Part shown: piece by piece, positions 47,271 through 62,269 of the stretch
How the letters are laid out: each line of letters opens with the position of its first letter
Position numbering within the stretch: the first letter of the stretch is position 1
NCBI RefSeq assembly: GCF_018977255.1
Contig: NW_024704754.1
Span: 18,972,001-19,036,000 of the forward strand
Length of the DNA stretch: 64,000 bases
Origin: Callorhinchus milii
Taxonomy: Eukaryota
Direction of reading: 5' to 3'
Translations under genes and position numbers: made by a program
Notes under the pieces: generated by a model
Databases searched by the model: none
Told to the model about the DNA's origin: nothing
The model's input: the letters and a program-made list of their open reading frames with translations, nothing else

Positions 47271-50200
47271 TTTAATTGGAAATCTGACTCAAGAAAAAGT
47301 CTTGAAGTAGGAAAGTGAAATGGGAAACAGATCACACAGAGTCTGCTCAGGGTCAGGCTATTTGTAAATTTCCTGAGGATAATCAAGTCTTGTCATTATT
47401 ATAAAATGTGCCAATGACTAAACTGTGTGACAATAGGAATAAATACAAAGGGAAACTGATGTGGATCAATTAAACTGATGGTTAAGCAAAGCCTGAAAGA
47501 TTTTAACAGAGAGAAGGGGAACACTGGGGGTATAACTTGCAATGTTTACCAACCATTAGAAGCATCAACAATGACTTCCTTTTGCTGTCTAATTTGTCAC
47601 ATTTGCGAAACAACCGATTGTGATTTGTGTGAAAGAGGCTGAAATGTGAATGAATCATCCAGTCCTGAGGAGAAGCTCTAAACTAGGGAGAAAGCGAGAG
47701 GTAATCGACCTGTCGATAAGAAGCTTTGAGGCTTCTATGATGGAACTGTGCCCTGGGAATCCATTCGTCTACAGATAGAGCAGAAATTCACCAGCAACCC
47801 AAAGAAAAGCTGGTTACATATCTACTGGAGTCCTGCAGCTCAGTGGTTGGAGCACTCGCCTCGCAAGCAAGAGGACCCGAGATTGATTCCTGTGCAGGGC
47901 AAAACCTTAGGCAAGTTTCCTTACTTCACACCTCTGTTTACCCAGCAGTAAGTAGGAACCCAGTTGTTAGTCAATTGGCGGATCGCTTTGCTGGGGTGAT
48001 GTCTTACTAATCATCTTCATTTAATCATGTTTGTAAAACTGTTTCTCGACAGAGAAATTAACAAGTGTAAATGGAATTCATTCCCTCACTCAGTGCCATC
48101 ACCAGTCACCAATAAAAAGCTCAAAACCATCACGATTTCAGGCACCTGCCTGGAGCAGATGTCCTCCTGACCAAACTGCTCTGGGAAACCCACAGATAAC
48201 TGCATTCCCACAGGTACTGGGACCAACAACACATCACAACAGGAGGTCATTTGGCTCTTGGTGCCTGTGCTGGGGCTTTCTCTCAGTCCACACACACCTG
48301 GAGCTCTCAGTTCTAAATACCATTTCCCTGCTCTTTCCCCACTTTGTTATTTCCCTCCAGGTTGATCCCATTGCCGGTCTGTACGGAGTGAGCTGATCTT
48401 GACTAGAACAGTCCAGGACTTTGGCTGGGACAAGGAATGAGATGTGAAAGCCGTGCAGCTCCTGTAAATCACAGAAGAATTTACTCGCTGACTTGGGTGG
48501 GTTTGTGCAAGGTGAGGGGAGAATCTGCCACCAAATTTAGAGAGAATATAATGTTGCTCCTTCAGTTTCTATCAAGATAACAATCCCACACGAGTCAGAG
48601 CCATCTGCTGCCAGCAAACCGCAGCCTCGCTCACTCACACACAAAACTTCATCATCTGACAGCAGTCTCTCCTCACTTCTGGCCCCTGACTCTCTCCTAG
48701 ATTTCTAAAGGATGTCTAAAGGATCGAGGGATTAAGGGATATGGGGATAGGGCGGGTAATGGAATTAGGTTAGAAGATCAGCCGCAATCTTATTAAATGG
48801 TGGGGCAGGCTAGAGGGGCTGAATGGCCTACTCCTGCTCCTACATCTTATGGTCTTAACCGGTCTTGTTTTTATTAATAATAATAATCCTTGCATTTGCT
48901 GTAACGCCTGATCATGTCTTTGAGACATCTCAAAGCGCTTCACGGAATAGACTGGAAAGTGAATTGACTGTATATTTTGGAGGCGAAACCCGGCAGCCAA
49001 TTGCACACAGCAGCGTCCCCACAAACACACGACCAGGATCAACGCTATTTTCCATTCTCTTGCTTCTCCTAAGCTCCCTTTCTCGTAAGCTACACACGCT
49101 CTCTTCCTCCTCCCTGTATTGTATTGAAACCTGCTGTTCCTAACAGAATTTTAGCATAACATTCCACACATTGATAGAGTGAAGTGTGACTTTTTAACCC
49201 TGTTCTGATCTTATGTTGTTTTATCCCAAACCCCAGCTCAGATCCAAATCCCTGACTGTCCAGCAGCTTGGGACGTCCTCCCGACACGAAAGGTTCTGTG
49301 TAAATGTCAGTTGTTCCTCAGATCCCTCATCCCTCCTACTCCTCACTCAATATCCATCCCTCGGGTTATCAGTGCTTTGCAGGGTTATTTTAAGTAAATG
49401 GTACTGGTTTGGGCTGCTGCCCTGGCTCTGCTCTGCTGGTGAGTTGCCTGAAACCAGGAGCTCAGTGTGTGGGAATCCCTGTTGTGAGCCTGACCCATTG
49501 CTCCAGGCCGGGGGTGGGAGAGACCCAGTGAGAGGCTTGTCAACCACACCTGTCCCTCTGCCGAGGTCCTGAGGGCTCTTCTCTCCTGTGATGATGATCC
49601 GTTATCTTTTAATGGTAACATTTGGGGAGCGTTTCTTGAGGCGACAATCACGGACACAAAGCATTTTATCGGAAGCTGAGATGGCTTTTAGGTCACTATT
49701 AACTGCCTGTACTCAGTGTGTGACATAATAAATGCCCTTTGTATAGCTGATAGAGAGGCTACAATCTGTATCCACTTTCCCAGGAGGGCCTCTAGGATGT
49801 ACAACAACAGCAACCTGTATTTATATAGCACCTCTGACATAGGGTAGAGTCCCATGGTGCTTGAAAACCTACTGATTGGGTTGGAGACCAGAAACTCAAC
49901 CCCACTCTGCTCACAATCTCTGTTTCCTCTCTGTTTAAAGTTCAGAGATTTGTAGTCCATAACAAAATCCTCTTTGTTAATACTATAATAATAATCCCTG
50001 CATATGATACAGTGCTTTATCATATTGTCTCTAAGCGCTTCACAGAATATACTGTAAAGTGAATAGACTGTATATTTTGTAGGAGAAACACAGAAGCCAA
50101 TTGCACACAGCAACGTCTCACAAACAGTGACCAAATTGAGTGAACAAATTTTTAAAATATAATTTAAAAATAATCCATCAATCGACAAACAACCGGGTTC

Positions 50201-50466
50201 CTACTTACTGCTGGGTAAACAGAGAGGTGTGGAATAAGGAAACTTGCCTAACTCTATCCGTGGAGATAGAGTCAAAGAGTAGTTAAAGTTGACCGATATT
50301 TTACTGCCCTGATTGATTGGACTGGAGACCCGAAGAGGGATAATCTGCTCCCAATCATGTTTCTCTGTTTCCTCTTTGTTTGAAGCCCGGAGATTTTTTG
50401 GTCAATAACAAAATCCTCTTTGTTGTCAATCTGGAGTCTTTGCTATTTGATACGTGGCTGTTTCTG

Positions 50467-50779
50467 NNNNNNNNNNNNNNNNNNNNNNNNNNNNNNNNNN
50501 NNNNNNNNNNNNNNNNNNNNNNNNNNNNNNNNNNNNNNNNNNNNNNNNNNNNNNNNNNNNNNNNNNNNNNNNNNNNNNNNNNNNNNNNNNNNNNNNNNNN
50601 NNNNNNNNNNNNNNNNNNNNNNNNNNNNNNNNNNNNNNNNNNNNNNNNNNNNNNNNNNNNNNNNNNNNNNNNNNNNNNNNNNNNNNNNNNNNNNNNNNNN
50701 NNNNNNNNNNNNNNNNNNNNNNNNNNNNNNNNNNNNNNNNNNNNNNNNNNNNNNNNNNNNNNNNNNNNNNNNNNNNNNN
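50467..50779. other. Assembly gap upstream of CAMK2A
   Basis: Run of N. Confidence 1.
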
Positions 50780-51092
50780 ACACACAAACACTCACACACA
50801 CCCACACAAACACTCACTCACACACACACACACACACTCACACAGCCCTGAACATTCAGTAATTAAAGAGTTAAAAGTGGCTTCTTTGGAGCGCGATGCT
50901 GTTGCTTTGGAAACGTAGACGGGTTGGAGGGGGAGTGTGTGATGAGAGTAGGGGAGTGATGTGGAGAGGGTGAGATTAGTACTGGCTGGCTTCCACGGTT
51001 ATCATTGGGTGAGCTGTCAATCAACCGGTTTGGGAGCTGGAGGCTGAGGAAGGGAAGAGAGAGACAGCGAGAGAGAGAGAGAGAGAGAGTGA

Positions 51093-51194
<102 letters not shown>

Positions 51195-51305
51195 TAAGGC
51201 ATTTTCACAGTAACACAAACAACACACAGTTATTGCACAGTTCCTTTGCGGTTCCTTTGTTTGGGATTCGCTGCGAATGTAAATGTGTGTTTTGGTGATT
51301 TTCAG

Positions 51306-51400
51306 GGGAGCCTTCTCGGTGGTCAAGAGATGTGTGAAGACTCTGATTGGACAGGATTACGCGGCCAAGATTATCAACACCAAGAAATTGTCTGCCCGGG
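51306..51400 (+). CDS. CAMK2A: CaMKII alpha exon 2
   Basis: ttttcag|g [31 protein letters not shown] g|gtaagt. Contains the kinase Gly-loop and the AAK lysine. Exon 3 (DHQKLERE...) was not found before 64000. Confidence 0.95.
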
Positions 51401-52419
51401 GTAAGTGTAGGGAATGACTCCCGGCTTCGTCTGGAACGCTTTGAGTTTTGTTGCGATCTCAGGTTGAGACTTCGCTCCCTCTCGCTCTCTCTCTCTCTCT
51501 GAGAGAACTATCAGCAGGTTGTCCACTGAGCTCCATCTCCACAGCTCTGCTCACTGCTCCTCTCCAGGTACCAGCACCTGTGGCTGCATCAGCACCACAG
51601 GATCCAAACCCATCAGAGATACAACTGTGACTGCTACACTGAGATACATATCTAATGGGGGAGAGAGGGTAGAGGGGGGCAGAGAGAGAGAGAGACAGAG
51701 AGGAGATGGGGTGAGGGAGGAGAGGGGAAGAAAGGGGGAGAAAGGGAGGGAGTGATGGGAAAGAGAGAAAGTGATGGTTGTATCTCAAGTCACTCAAACA
51801 GATAATCCCTCCAGATAAAATGAGGAGGGAAAGTGTGGAGAGTGAGTACTGCTTTCTCAAACACCGAAAGAGTTTCTGAGCTTTAACACTGCAATGTTTG
51901 ACGTGAGGATAAACCAATAAATCCACCCAGATTCTGATCGATAAATAGAAAGGTGCAGATGTCTGAACTCCGATTGATTGTGCTTTGACACTTTTGTTTG
52001 GTAATAATAATCCTTGCATTTGATACAGCGCCTTCTCATGTCATCGGGAATGTCTCAAAGCGCTTCACAGGATACGCTGTAAAATGTAGTGACTGTATAT
52101 TTTGTGGGCAAAACACCATTGCGTTTCTCTGCCATTGTGACAATGGCAGATCTAGAGAGTCTGTGATACTGTAACAGGCACCTCACAGTCCCTCCCAATT
52201 AGCTTTGTGTTGTGTACCAAATGTATGGAGGTAAACACACAGGTAAACAGAGAGCAGGTGTGTGTGTGCGCCTGTGTGTGTATAGTATAGAGAGATGGTT
52301 TTCTATCCCTTTCACTTTCCTCTCCTGAGGTTGGTGCTGGCAACGGTTTAGATACATAGACCCCGGCCATTCCCTGCTATCTCCCCCACACAGCTGTTAT
52401 CTTTGTCCAAGCCTAGATA

Positions 52420-52778
52420 TAATAATCCTTCCATTTGATACAGTGCCTTATCACGTCTTTGAAATGTCTCAAAGCGCTTCACCGTAAAGTGTAATGACTG
52501 TGTATTTTGTGGGCGAAACACAGCAGCCAATTGTGCACAGCGACGTCCCCACAAACAGTTGTGGATTGAGTGAACAATTTATTATTTTTTTGAAGGAATT
52601 ATTACCTTCAGAAAGCAATCCAACAGTCGACTAAACAACCGAGTTCCTACTTTCTGCTAGGTAAACAGAGCTGTGTGGAATAAGGAAACGTGGCTAAGGT
52701 CTTGCCCCACCCAGGAATCGAACCCGCTCCCCTTGTTTGCGAGGTGAGCGCTCTAACCACTGAATTACAGGACTCCAC
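52420..52778 (-). mobile_element. Full-length SINE in CAMK2A intron 2
   Basis: Reverse-complement head, body and tail. Confidence 0.88.
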
Positions 52779-55700
52779 TAGACAGAGGGTGTGTCAGGCA
52801 GTTGCTAAGAATTTATCAATTGCCCCAATTTAAACCCCGCTATCTTATTCCCTATCTCAGAGTGAAACCCTTCCCACTGCCTGAGATTCCCCCCAGGATT
52901 GCTGAATGATGGACACCTTGTTGTTGTGAATCTATCCCCACTGGGAATAGGGCTGATCCTGGCCCCAAACTTATCTCACACGGAGACCCTCACAGCCAAC
53001 ACAGGAGACTTCTGTGCCACCGGGCTGAGCTGAGAGCTGAAAACCCACTGCCCCCACTTGGGTGTTTATATCAATTTCTACCAACTGCCTCTGTATTAAT
53101 CATCAGCCAAAATGAGTCTTTGAGTAACTTGTATTTTGACCATGAATGACTATTCTCAGCCAGTCCATGTGTGTACGAGGTCCTGTGTGTTGGGGGTGAG
53201 TGATATTAATCACTAACAGTAAAAGAACAAATGCATTGCAATGATCTAGAGACTGCCTCCTGTAATAACCCTGTGGGCTGATGCTGAATTGAATGCTATT
53301 AACTGCATCTACAAAGCGATTCAGGTACTGTGAGTCAGTCTAGTCGTGCACATCACTGTGGTGCTCTTGGAAATCGGACTCAATGTGGGTGCCAATGGAT
53401 GAGGCATTGAGTGTATGCGTGTGTGCGAGTGTGTGTGTGAGAGGAGGGGAGGATGTGTACATGGGCACACAATAGACCACCCACGTAGAGTGGGAGTGTT
53501 GGCAACACACGCTCTCATCTGCTAAAGATCAAATATTCTATTTTATTGTCAAAGCTGCTCTCTTCCTGAAGCTGGGTTTGTTTTCAGCTGATCCTGTTTA
53601 TTCTGAATCTAAATGAAGAATTTAAGGTTTTGGAACGCGGGTTGGGTCTGTGATCACTTCGGAGCTGAAGAGAGTTTGAGGTGATCTGAGAGACACTGTA
53701 AAAGCTAAAGGAATCACACAACAACAACAACAATCACAACTTGCATTCGAGCATTTGAGGAATTTTATCACTAAAATCACCGATGAATTGTAGTTGCAGA
53801 GTGCGGGATAAAGGAGGGTGTCAGACAGAAATGGGTTCCTTAATGAGTAAGTTACAGGGAAGGGCAGTAAGTCAGAAACAATGTGTGACTGGGTGAAATC
53901 TGGAGGAAAGAGCCCTTGAGGGACATGGTGAAAAGGTGAGTGAGTGTTGCCATTGAGGCCCCCATGGGCAGGACAGGACCAGGCAGAGGTCTCACCTGGT
54001 GCAGGGTACAGCCAGGTCTGGGCAATGCTGCCTTGGCCAACACAAACCCAGCACTGGCACAGGAGTGGAATCCAACATCAGCTCCATTTACATACAGAGC
54101 AGAGCTCACGCCATACATGCCATCCAACAGCAACCACCATCACCACCAACACGTGACATTTACTCAGCACCATTCATATCAGGAGAATGTCCCAAGGTGC
54201 TGGACAGTCAGGGATTTGGTCCCGAACTGGGGGTTGGGATCAGGAGGGGTGGAGGGTGGGGATACGAAGGTGGACTCGCAGCTCTAGCAGCACTCCAGCT
54301 CTCCCAAGTCAGATTATTGTCAGACAATCCTGTTACAATGCAGTTGTTTGGAGGAGGTGGTGGTGGGGTGGGGGGGGTTGACAATAAACCAACCAACCTT
54401 AAAGAAGGGCATGATTGGCATCAACGTGTCCACATGGTAATGTTATGACTGGTGATGTCTCAGGTACACACACAGTCAGCTGACTGGCCACACAGTAAAC
54501 AATAGCCAGCGATCAGATCATCAGATCAGACTGATGTCACTTCCTGTGGGCTCCACAGAGCAGTATGTTATAATGGAGGCTTGGTGAACTTTGTTATTTG
54601 AATAATTTCACATTGAGTCAGTCGGGCGTTAGGCATTATCTATGCAGTGTGGAGTTAAATGTGTTTTCAGTCTGTGTTGATGTGTTTAATGAGTTTATGA
54701 AAGACAGACCGCCGGGGATAATGTAATTTGTAGACGGCTGGGAGCTTGCTTGGTTGAAAGGTTGCCAGGCTGAATTATCTTTCAAAACCTAAACGGAGGA
54801 AGGGAGGGATTGTCAAAGAATTGCTGATAAGGGAACCTGTGATGTCTTATCTGCGGCTTTAGGTTGTTCATCCACTCCATTGGTCAAACGACTAAACCCT
54901 TGAGATTATTTTTCTTTCTCTAAGTTGCTCCCTGCTCCTCTCCCAAAAGCAGTGACTCATATAGGAAGTGTGGTTCCACAACTTCCAGTGCCTCAACCAG
55001 ATGGTGCTTGAGGGCAGGCAATCACCGCATTCAGTGATGGGATGTTTTGACATTGTGAGCACGATAATTTTTTTGCGTCTGACATACGCGGAAACCCATC
55101 ACTGTGCTTAGGAGTATCCAAACCAAACTGAGATCTTACCTACACATAGAAATCCCAGAGATAGATTGTTGGAATGGAATGCTTTCTCTCTCTCTCTCTC
55201 TCTCTCTCTCCCTGGAGGGACGCCCCTCTGCTTAACTAATTCCGGAGAGCATTAGGTGCAGGTTTGGCAAGAGCCAAGGCTTGGGTGGAGCCCAGAGTGT
55301 GCGTTGGGGTAACTGCTGAAGTCTAACCAGCTAAAGCCAATATCAAATGCAAGGATTATTATCATAAAAACTAGTGCTAGTGAACAAAGTTGGTTCAGGA
55401 GGGGAGGCATTAAAGTGACCCGAGGGAATGGATCGATTCGTCACACTGAGCTGACCTGGTGACCTGGCAGTAATGAAATCATAAACAGATTACAGCAGCA
55501 CCACGAGTGGAATATAAATAGCGCTCCATCACTTTCACAATGTGTTGTGTTTCTGCTGCACATTAAACATTAATCATTTGGTGAAATGTTAATAAATCTG
55601 TGTTTAACGGTCTTTGGTGTTTGGTGCCAGTGTAACCAGAGTTATTACCTCCTCTCTCTCTCCTCATCGTGTCTGTGCTGAGGCTCGCTCCCCCACTGGA

Positions 55701-57229
55701 GCTCTCTACTCTAACCCCATCCCCTGCTTGCTCTCTCCCCGTCTTGTCTGTGTTGGGGCTCGCTCCCCCACTGGAGTTCTCTACTTTAAACCCATTACTT
55801 TGCTTTTCCCTCATACCCCCATCTCATATTGTTTCTATTCAAATACTTATCCGATTGCCTTTTGAATGTTGTTATGGCCTTATCTCCAATAACTGCTCAC
55901 ATTGAGGTGCTCCAAAAACTGAAACCATTTTGCCAGAAAATACACAGTCACTCTGCTTTACAGTATATTGTGTGAAGCGCTTTGAGACGTCACAAAGACG
56001 TGATAATATATGTGCTATATCAAATGCAAGGATTATTATTATTTCTCTTGTCTCTTCCAGTGACATTGCCTTTGTAACCAATTCACTAAATAATAGCAAT
56101 AATCCCTCTCTCGGTATTCATCTCACTGACACGCCTACTTATGGTAACAGTAAATCTGATGAACTGTTTGGGAATAGAGTAGAAATGCCATCCAATTCAA
56201 ACAGCCTTCTTTTAAAAGGGATACACCATGATTGAGCAGATTGTTAATCACGTCTCATTTCAGTTCAGGATAAAACTGTCTCGTTTAACCTAATTTGCCA
56301 CATTTCTGTGCAGTATGCATTATCAGTTAAAGGGTAATTTCATTCCATTTCGAAGCTGATAATGTCACCAGTTTACTCAAACACCAGCCATCGGCAAGTA
56401 TTAAGAATTGGATGTTACTGTACAGAGAAACTTGCCTGATAATAATAGCTATCCCTCCATTTGATATAACACCTTATCACTCTTCACAGAATATACTGTA
56501 AAGTGAATCGACTGTATGTTTTGTGGGCAAAACACAGCAGCCAATTGCGCACAGCAGCGTCCCACAAACAGTCGTGGATTGAGTGACCAAATTATTATTA
56601 TTTTTAACACTGGATTGGGGAGTTTTACTGTCCATTCTCCCCCATCTCACCACCACCATCTTGCTTCCAAAGCCAACGACAAACCTCCTCTCTGACTGTG
56701 CCTCTGTTCACCTATTCCCTCTGTGCTCTTGTTCAGGTTGAGGATTCTCACGGTGAGACATCGCTCTATCTGTATAAACTCAAACGCTGTTAATTGAGGA
56801 TTTAAAATTTGGCCTCCTGATGGAACAGAAAGATTGTTATGTCCATAATGCTCTCAGGCTGATACTTCAATTAATGTGCAGTAATTGCTTTAGAATTAGT
56901 CTTCCTTTCACTGTGTCTATCACCTCTCTGGTTCAAGCCAATGTGATGTGGGTCTCTGTCTGTGGTACTCAAAGGGCTCCCTCTAGTGGACCAAGTGTTA
57001 AAGTCACTTTGTGAAGCCCATCCTAACAGACGGTCTGAGCTTTGGGGTTTGACCATCTGGGTTGGCAGTCAGTAAAGCTGCTACAATTGGTTTCAATGCA
57101 CTGAGCTGGGCCTGCTCCTCCTCAGCGCTGTGCTTCATAGGAACATAAGAATTTCTAGGTCCATCCAGTTCGCCTTCCACCATCCTAGCAGTCGCTTGCA
57201 AATGTCGTGTCCCAAACTATATATTGTAT

Positions 57230-57530
57230 CTGTTCGATTCCCGGGCAGGGTGACACCTGAGGCATGTTCCCATACTGCACACGCCTCTGTTTACGTAGCA
57301 GTCAGTAGGTTGTCAGCCTGTCGGCTTTTCTGGAGGCAATAATCCCTTAAAAAAATGTTGTCACTCAATCCACCACTGCTTGTGGGACATTGCTGTGTGC
57401 AATTGGCTGCTGCTTTTTGCTCCCAAAAATATACTGTCAATCCACTCTACATTATATTCTGTGAAGGGCTCTGAAATGTCTCAACGACCTGATAAGGTGC
57501 TATATCAAATGCAATGATTATTATTATAAT
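57230..57530 (+). mobile_element. SINE in CAMK2A intron 2
   Basis: B-box, body and tail. Confidence 0.82.
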
Positions 57531-58036
57531 TCTAAGGGCTGAGAATGGATCAGAGCTTTTGTAATGGCAAAGTGTGTGGAGCTATCATTGTTTGTTCCAG
57601 AAGCCACAGTGTGCAGAATGAGAGCTGGCACCCACCCACACACACCCACACACAGCGAGTGCCCATGCCAGGGTGGAAAGGGTGCGGGCGGGAAGCTTTC
57701 TCACTGAGCAAGGCAAAGCATCAGCAAGCCAGCTCGCTACCTTGTGCTGTCAGCAGCCCATCAACCAGTGGAACTGGCAACAAAGCGAAGATGCAGAGAG
57801 AGGAGGCTGTCCACCCACACAACGGAGAATAATGTACGTGGGTGGGTGCCTGAGGGGGAGGAGAGCAACACTCAATAATAAAGTAATGAAAAGAGTCAGA
57901 CTGTACTGTACAGGCACTCTGAGCTCAGAGCAAACACTAGAGGAATTTAAAGGGACATTTTTAAATGTAAAATTAAGGAAAGAAATATTGGTCAGAAAGA
58001 AAGCAACATTTAAGTTTAAATAAATGATATTAGGAC

Positions 58037-58071
<35 letters not shown>

Positions 58072-59659
58072 ATAGAGGAAAATAGAGAAAAATTAGAAAA
58101 TGGAGTCCTATCTGTCTGAAAACTTTCCCGCTGCTTGTCCAGGTAGGACTACCCTACCTGTTAGTTAGGGCTTTGGCTGCAGGAGCTGAGGGGGAGGATT
58201 CCCTGTGACTGATCAGCCCTTCCAGGTCCTGCTGATGAGCCAGGCCAGGGGGTCCTGTCATCAGCAGTGAGTGCCCTGGAATACTGCGGCCCCTCCTGGC
58301 TCAGGAACCGGACTAGAGACCAGCACAGAGGTGGGGCTCGATTCTGACTTTCCATTGCCAAACATGTCACCTTAAGGCCAGTTGATCATCTCAGTACCAT
58401 GGGTTTAGGGAGAAGAGAGAACAAGTTGCTACATGACCCATGATGGCTAGCCAGTGCTGGAAACCTGGCACATTGCTGTGTGTGGTGCCTGGCGAGGACA
58501 GCAAAGGCCTGGCTCACTGAAGATACCCATTCAGTCAGGTTAGCGACACGAAGGATGGCCCCTTGAGAGAGCTCCAGGGACTGGCACCAGTTGATGGTTT
58601 CAGGAGAAGAGATAATGAGAGAGTGTCTCTGTCAGAGAACAGATTCCTGCAGGTACCTAGTCTTTAGATGTACTTCCAGAGCTGAACTCCCATGCACTCA
58701 AGGTTTCCAGCCAGAGATGCTGTAAGACAATTACCTCTTCTGAATATCTTGCTTTAGACCCGCTGAGAATTTGAAAACAAAGCCTACATCAACTGATAAA
58801 AGAGACACACACTGGTAGCACGACAATACTTTATAATATATTCGGTGCAAATGACTTGATGTGAGACAGTTTTGGAGCTCGGTGCTTTGAAGCAGCACTG
58901 GGCGTACGTCAGAGATGCCCATTGTGAACCTCACAACAGCTCAGAACAGCTCGAGATGTGTGACAGGAGGCTGAAGGGTAGAATGAGAGAACCAGCAAGG
59001 CATGAAATCTCTTTGAAAGGGAATCCTGTCAAATGGTGGGAGGTGTAGTTACAATGCTGTGGGTGTCTGGCTAACACACTGCAGTGATTAATGGGCTCAT
59101 CCTCTGTAACAGCGACTCACTGCTCTCCCAGTGTGAGCTCTTATGTCTCAATCACAACGCTACAACATTCCCCATCCCCCACCCCCAGGGCTGACTGGCA
59201 CATTGTGTGTGTGTGTGTGTGTGTGTGGTGGGGGGGATCTCTCTTCCCTGGTGCTGACATACAGAGGAAACAGTGTGCTTGTTATACCACCACCTTCAGT
59301 CAGTCGCAAGAAACCATCAACTGTGGTTTATCAGAAGGAGAAAGGGTACGGTTAGCAGAAAGGTTTTTACAGAGAACCTCGTTAGACTGAGGAACTGTTT
59401 ATCACAAATGGCTTCAAATGACTTCAGTGCGCTGAGGCTCTGCCCTGGGTGAAGGGTGCTATATAAATGCAAATTGTTGTTGTTGTTGATGTTGTAAAAT
59501 GAAAAGGCTTCAGAAAACGAGGATGAAGGTAAGTGAATAGGAAATGCTGGAGAAACCTGTGATAGAGCCAGGAACTAGAAAGGTTTTCAATAGGAACTGG
59601 ACAAATTAGTGGAAATTAAAACAATCCGGGTGAATAACGTGCAGGTTAAGGAATACCTG

Positions 59660-59945
59660 TGGAATATTTTAAAATCCCATTTCCCTTCTCTCCGTCTCCC
59701 TGAATGCTTTAGCTTCCAGAGTATCAACTCATCTCATCTCCTTTTTGGTTTAATGGCCTTCGAGTGCATAGGGTTCCAGGTTCTCATGATCCTCTGTGTG
59801 AAGGTGGTGTGCGATCTCATGTTTGGCCATCTTGGCTCTAATTTGAAGATGACAGTATATCCTGTTGTATCTGCCTCGACTAGAGGGAAGAGAGGATTTG
59901 CTCGGCTGTCAATTACCTCATTATTTTAAAGATCACCCCTTAACC
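59660..59945 (-). mobile_element. Old CR1 ORF2 C-terminal fragment
   Basis: Minus strand reads ...PLFPLVEADTTG...FTQRIMRTWN, resembling the CR1 FTQRVVxxWN motif. Confidence 0.55.
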
Positions 59946-62269
59946 TGCTCAGCTGTGGGGAATATAGGCAAGTTTATCCAGCATCTCATCCCATCTTAGC
60001 TCCTGAGGTACCAAGTCTCCAGAGAGGGAGGGCAAGGCTGTCTTTCTGCAGATTATTGCCTCACTGCCTTTATATTCACACAGTGGATTGAGATCCGAAT
60101 CTCATCACTGCCAAATCTACCTGGAATCTTGCTAATGCTCTCCCTCAGAGGGTGGAGGAGCAGAGGGTGGGGTCCGGGGAGGGGAAACTGGAATAACAAA
60201 GTTTTTCCGGGGTTAATTTGAAGGCTCTATTGTTGTGATAAGATTTATTCAAATATGAAAACAAAAGTGCCTAGACACCGAATGTACACACTCAAAACAC
60301 ACCACAAGTGTCTTCTGTAGAGTATAATAATAATCCTTGCAATTGATTTCGCGCCTTTTCATGTCTTCGAGATGTCTCAAAGCAGTTCACAGAATACACT
60401 GTAAAGTGAATTGACTGTGTGTTCTGAGGGTGAAAACGCAGCAGGCAGTGACTGAAATATGAAGTCACGTGTGTCCTGTCAAGATTTAAAAAAACAGTCA
60501 GTAGAGAACTGACTGACGGGACAGTTAAAACTGCGTTTAAAGTGGTTTTCTCTGGGCAAGCCGCAGAAGGCATTGCACAAATCAGAGAGGATTAGACGTG
60601 GGAGGAATCCAGAGAGCAGTGTGTGGGCTGTGTGGGCTTTTGCTGTGACATTTGAGCTCTATCGGTTACGACAAACGACTCTGCTGTGCTCATTTCCCAC
60701 AAATTATGCCTCTTCTCAGAGAGCATCTGAACCCCAGGTCAGTCAAGCTTTCCTTTGATTGTCACAAAACACACACACACAGGTCCTACAAGAGAAGCAG
60801 AATGAAATGAGGTGTGAGAAACTGACACCAGTGTGGGCTGATATTGTTAGCTTCCAAAGGACAAAGTCAACCCAGAACAATGTTTTCAGGTGAATAGAAT
60901 ATATTCATATATTGGAGTAAGAGCAGGGGAGTGGGGACTAATTGAGTAGCTCTTTCAAAAAGCCAGCACAGGATGATGGGTCGAATGGCCTCCTTCTGTG
61001 CTATAAGATTCTATGAGTCTATGAGCCAAGGCAGCAGGATAAGGGTATGGAGAGAGACATTGGGACAGACACCAGGAAGGATTTCTTTATTTTGAGAAAA
61101 ATTAGCAGCTGGAATGGACAGATTACCAGGTGGTTGTTACCAGGTAAGGTAGTTGAGGTAAGGACACTGGACTCATTTAAGCAACAACTCGTTGGTGTAA
61201 TCAGAAGACAGTAAGGTGGGGTGGTCTGGAAGGGTGAGGTGAAATGGGCCGACCATCCAAATATTCATCTAGACCTGTTTTGTGATCTCTTGTCATTATC
61301 TCCAACACTATTTACTGTTCTCAGTCTTTTGATTTCCAAAGCAACGTCCACAGAAATACTTGCTCCTCATCATTTATATTTTTGTAAACATTACTCTCAC
61401 CTGTAACAACCTCACAGCCAGGTAAATGGATGCATGAAGTCTTTTTTTTGAAAAGCTAGATTAACAAAAGAAAATGTCAGCCATTGCTTACCAGCAGGAC
61501 TGCTGATGACAGCTCAACAAAGAGTAATTCCTCTGAAGAGAATTCAGGTCTACATCAGGACTAGCCTCAAGTTCGAAACCAATAGATGAATAAAAATCCC
61601 TGTGTTTCAGAAATGCCTATAATGTCAACACGTCTCAAAGCGCTTCATTAACATGAGAACACAATAGAGTTATTTAGTTCCTGATGCCTCATCACAGATT
61701 CAAACACAACCTCAAACTCTACCTCCTGGGATGGGTTCAGTCCACACACCCACAGCCCCAAAGTCAGTCAAGTAAAACACCACAGCATTCATTCATCCAT
61801 CTCCACTTCCCCATTGTGTAACCCTGAGCCCAGTGTCCTGGACAGACAGACACTCCGCACGGGAGAGGCTTCATCCAAGTGTAGCGTTTGATCGACAGTA
61901 AGAGCTCCTCAGTGTCCCACCACCTATATTCTGCAGGTTATACACAACAGTGATTGGCACATGGCAGGACATTGCATCCCTCTCTATACTAACAGCAGAG
62001 ACTGGGCACACAGAGATTTGTGCCTCTGCCCTTGCCCACTGCCATGCTGGGAGGCGGTGGGCTGGCCATGGAGTGGGCTTGTTGTTGTTATTCTCTGTAG
62101 ATCTCATGATAGACAGCAGTTTCCTCTCTACAAAACACAAATTCAATTTGAAGCTAAGCCAGCTCTGCCAATGCAATCCACTGCTGACATGAGGACGGGG
62201 GTGTTATTAATGGGAGGCATTTCTGTTCAGAACTGTGTCTGGCATTCTGCTGATCACTCACCCTTTACA

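Noticed and set aside
51589-51610. REST/RE1-like tcagcaccac
   Set aside because: Only the left half-site; the GGACAG half is missing.
51568-51755. Acceptor-like site after CAMK2A exon 2 with an open frame
   Set aside because: Does not encode the conserved exon 3 (DHQKLERE...), has no good donor and runs into a GA repeat.
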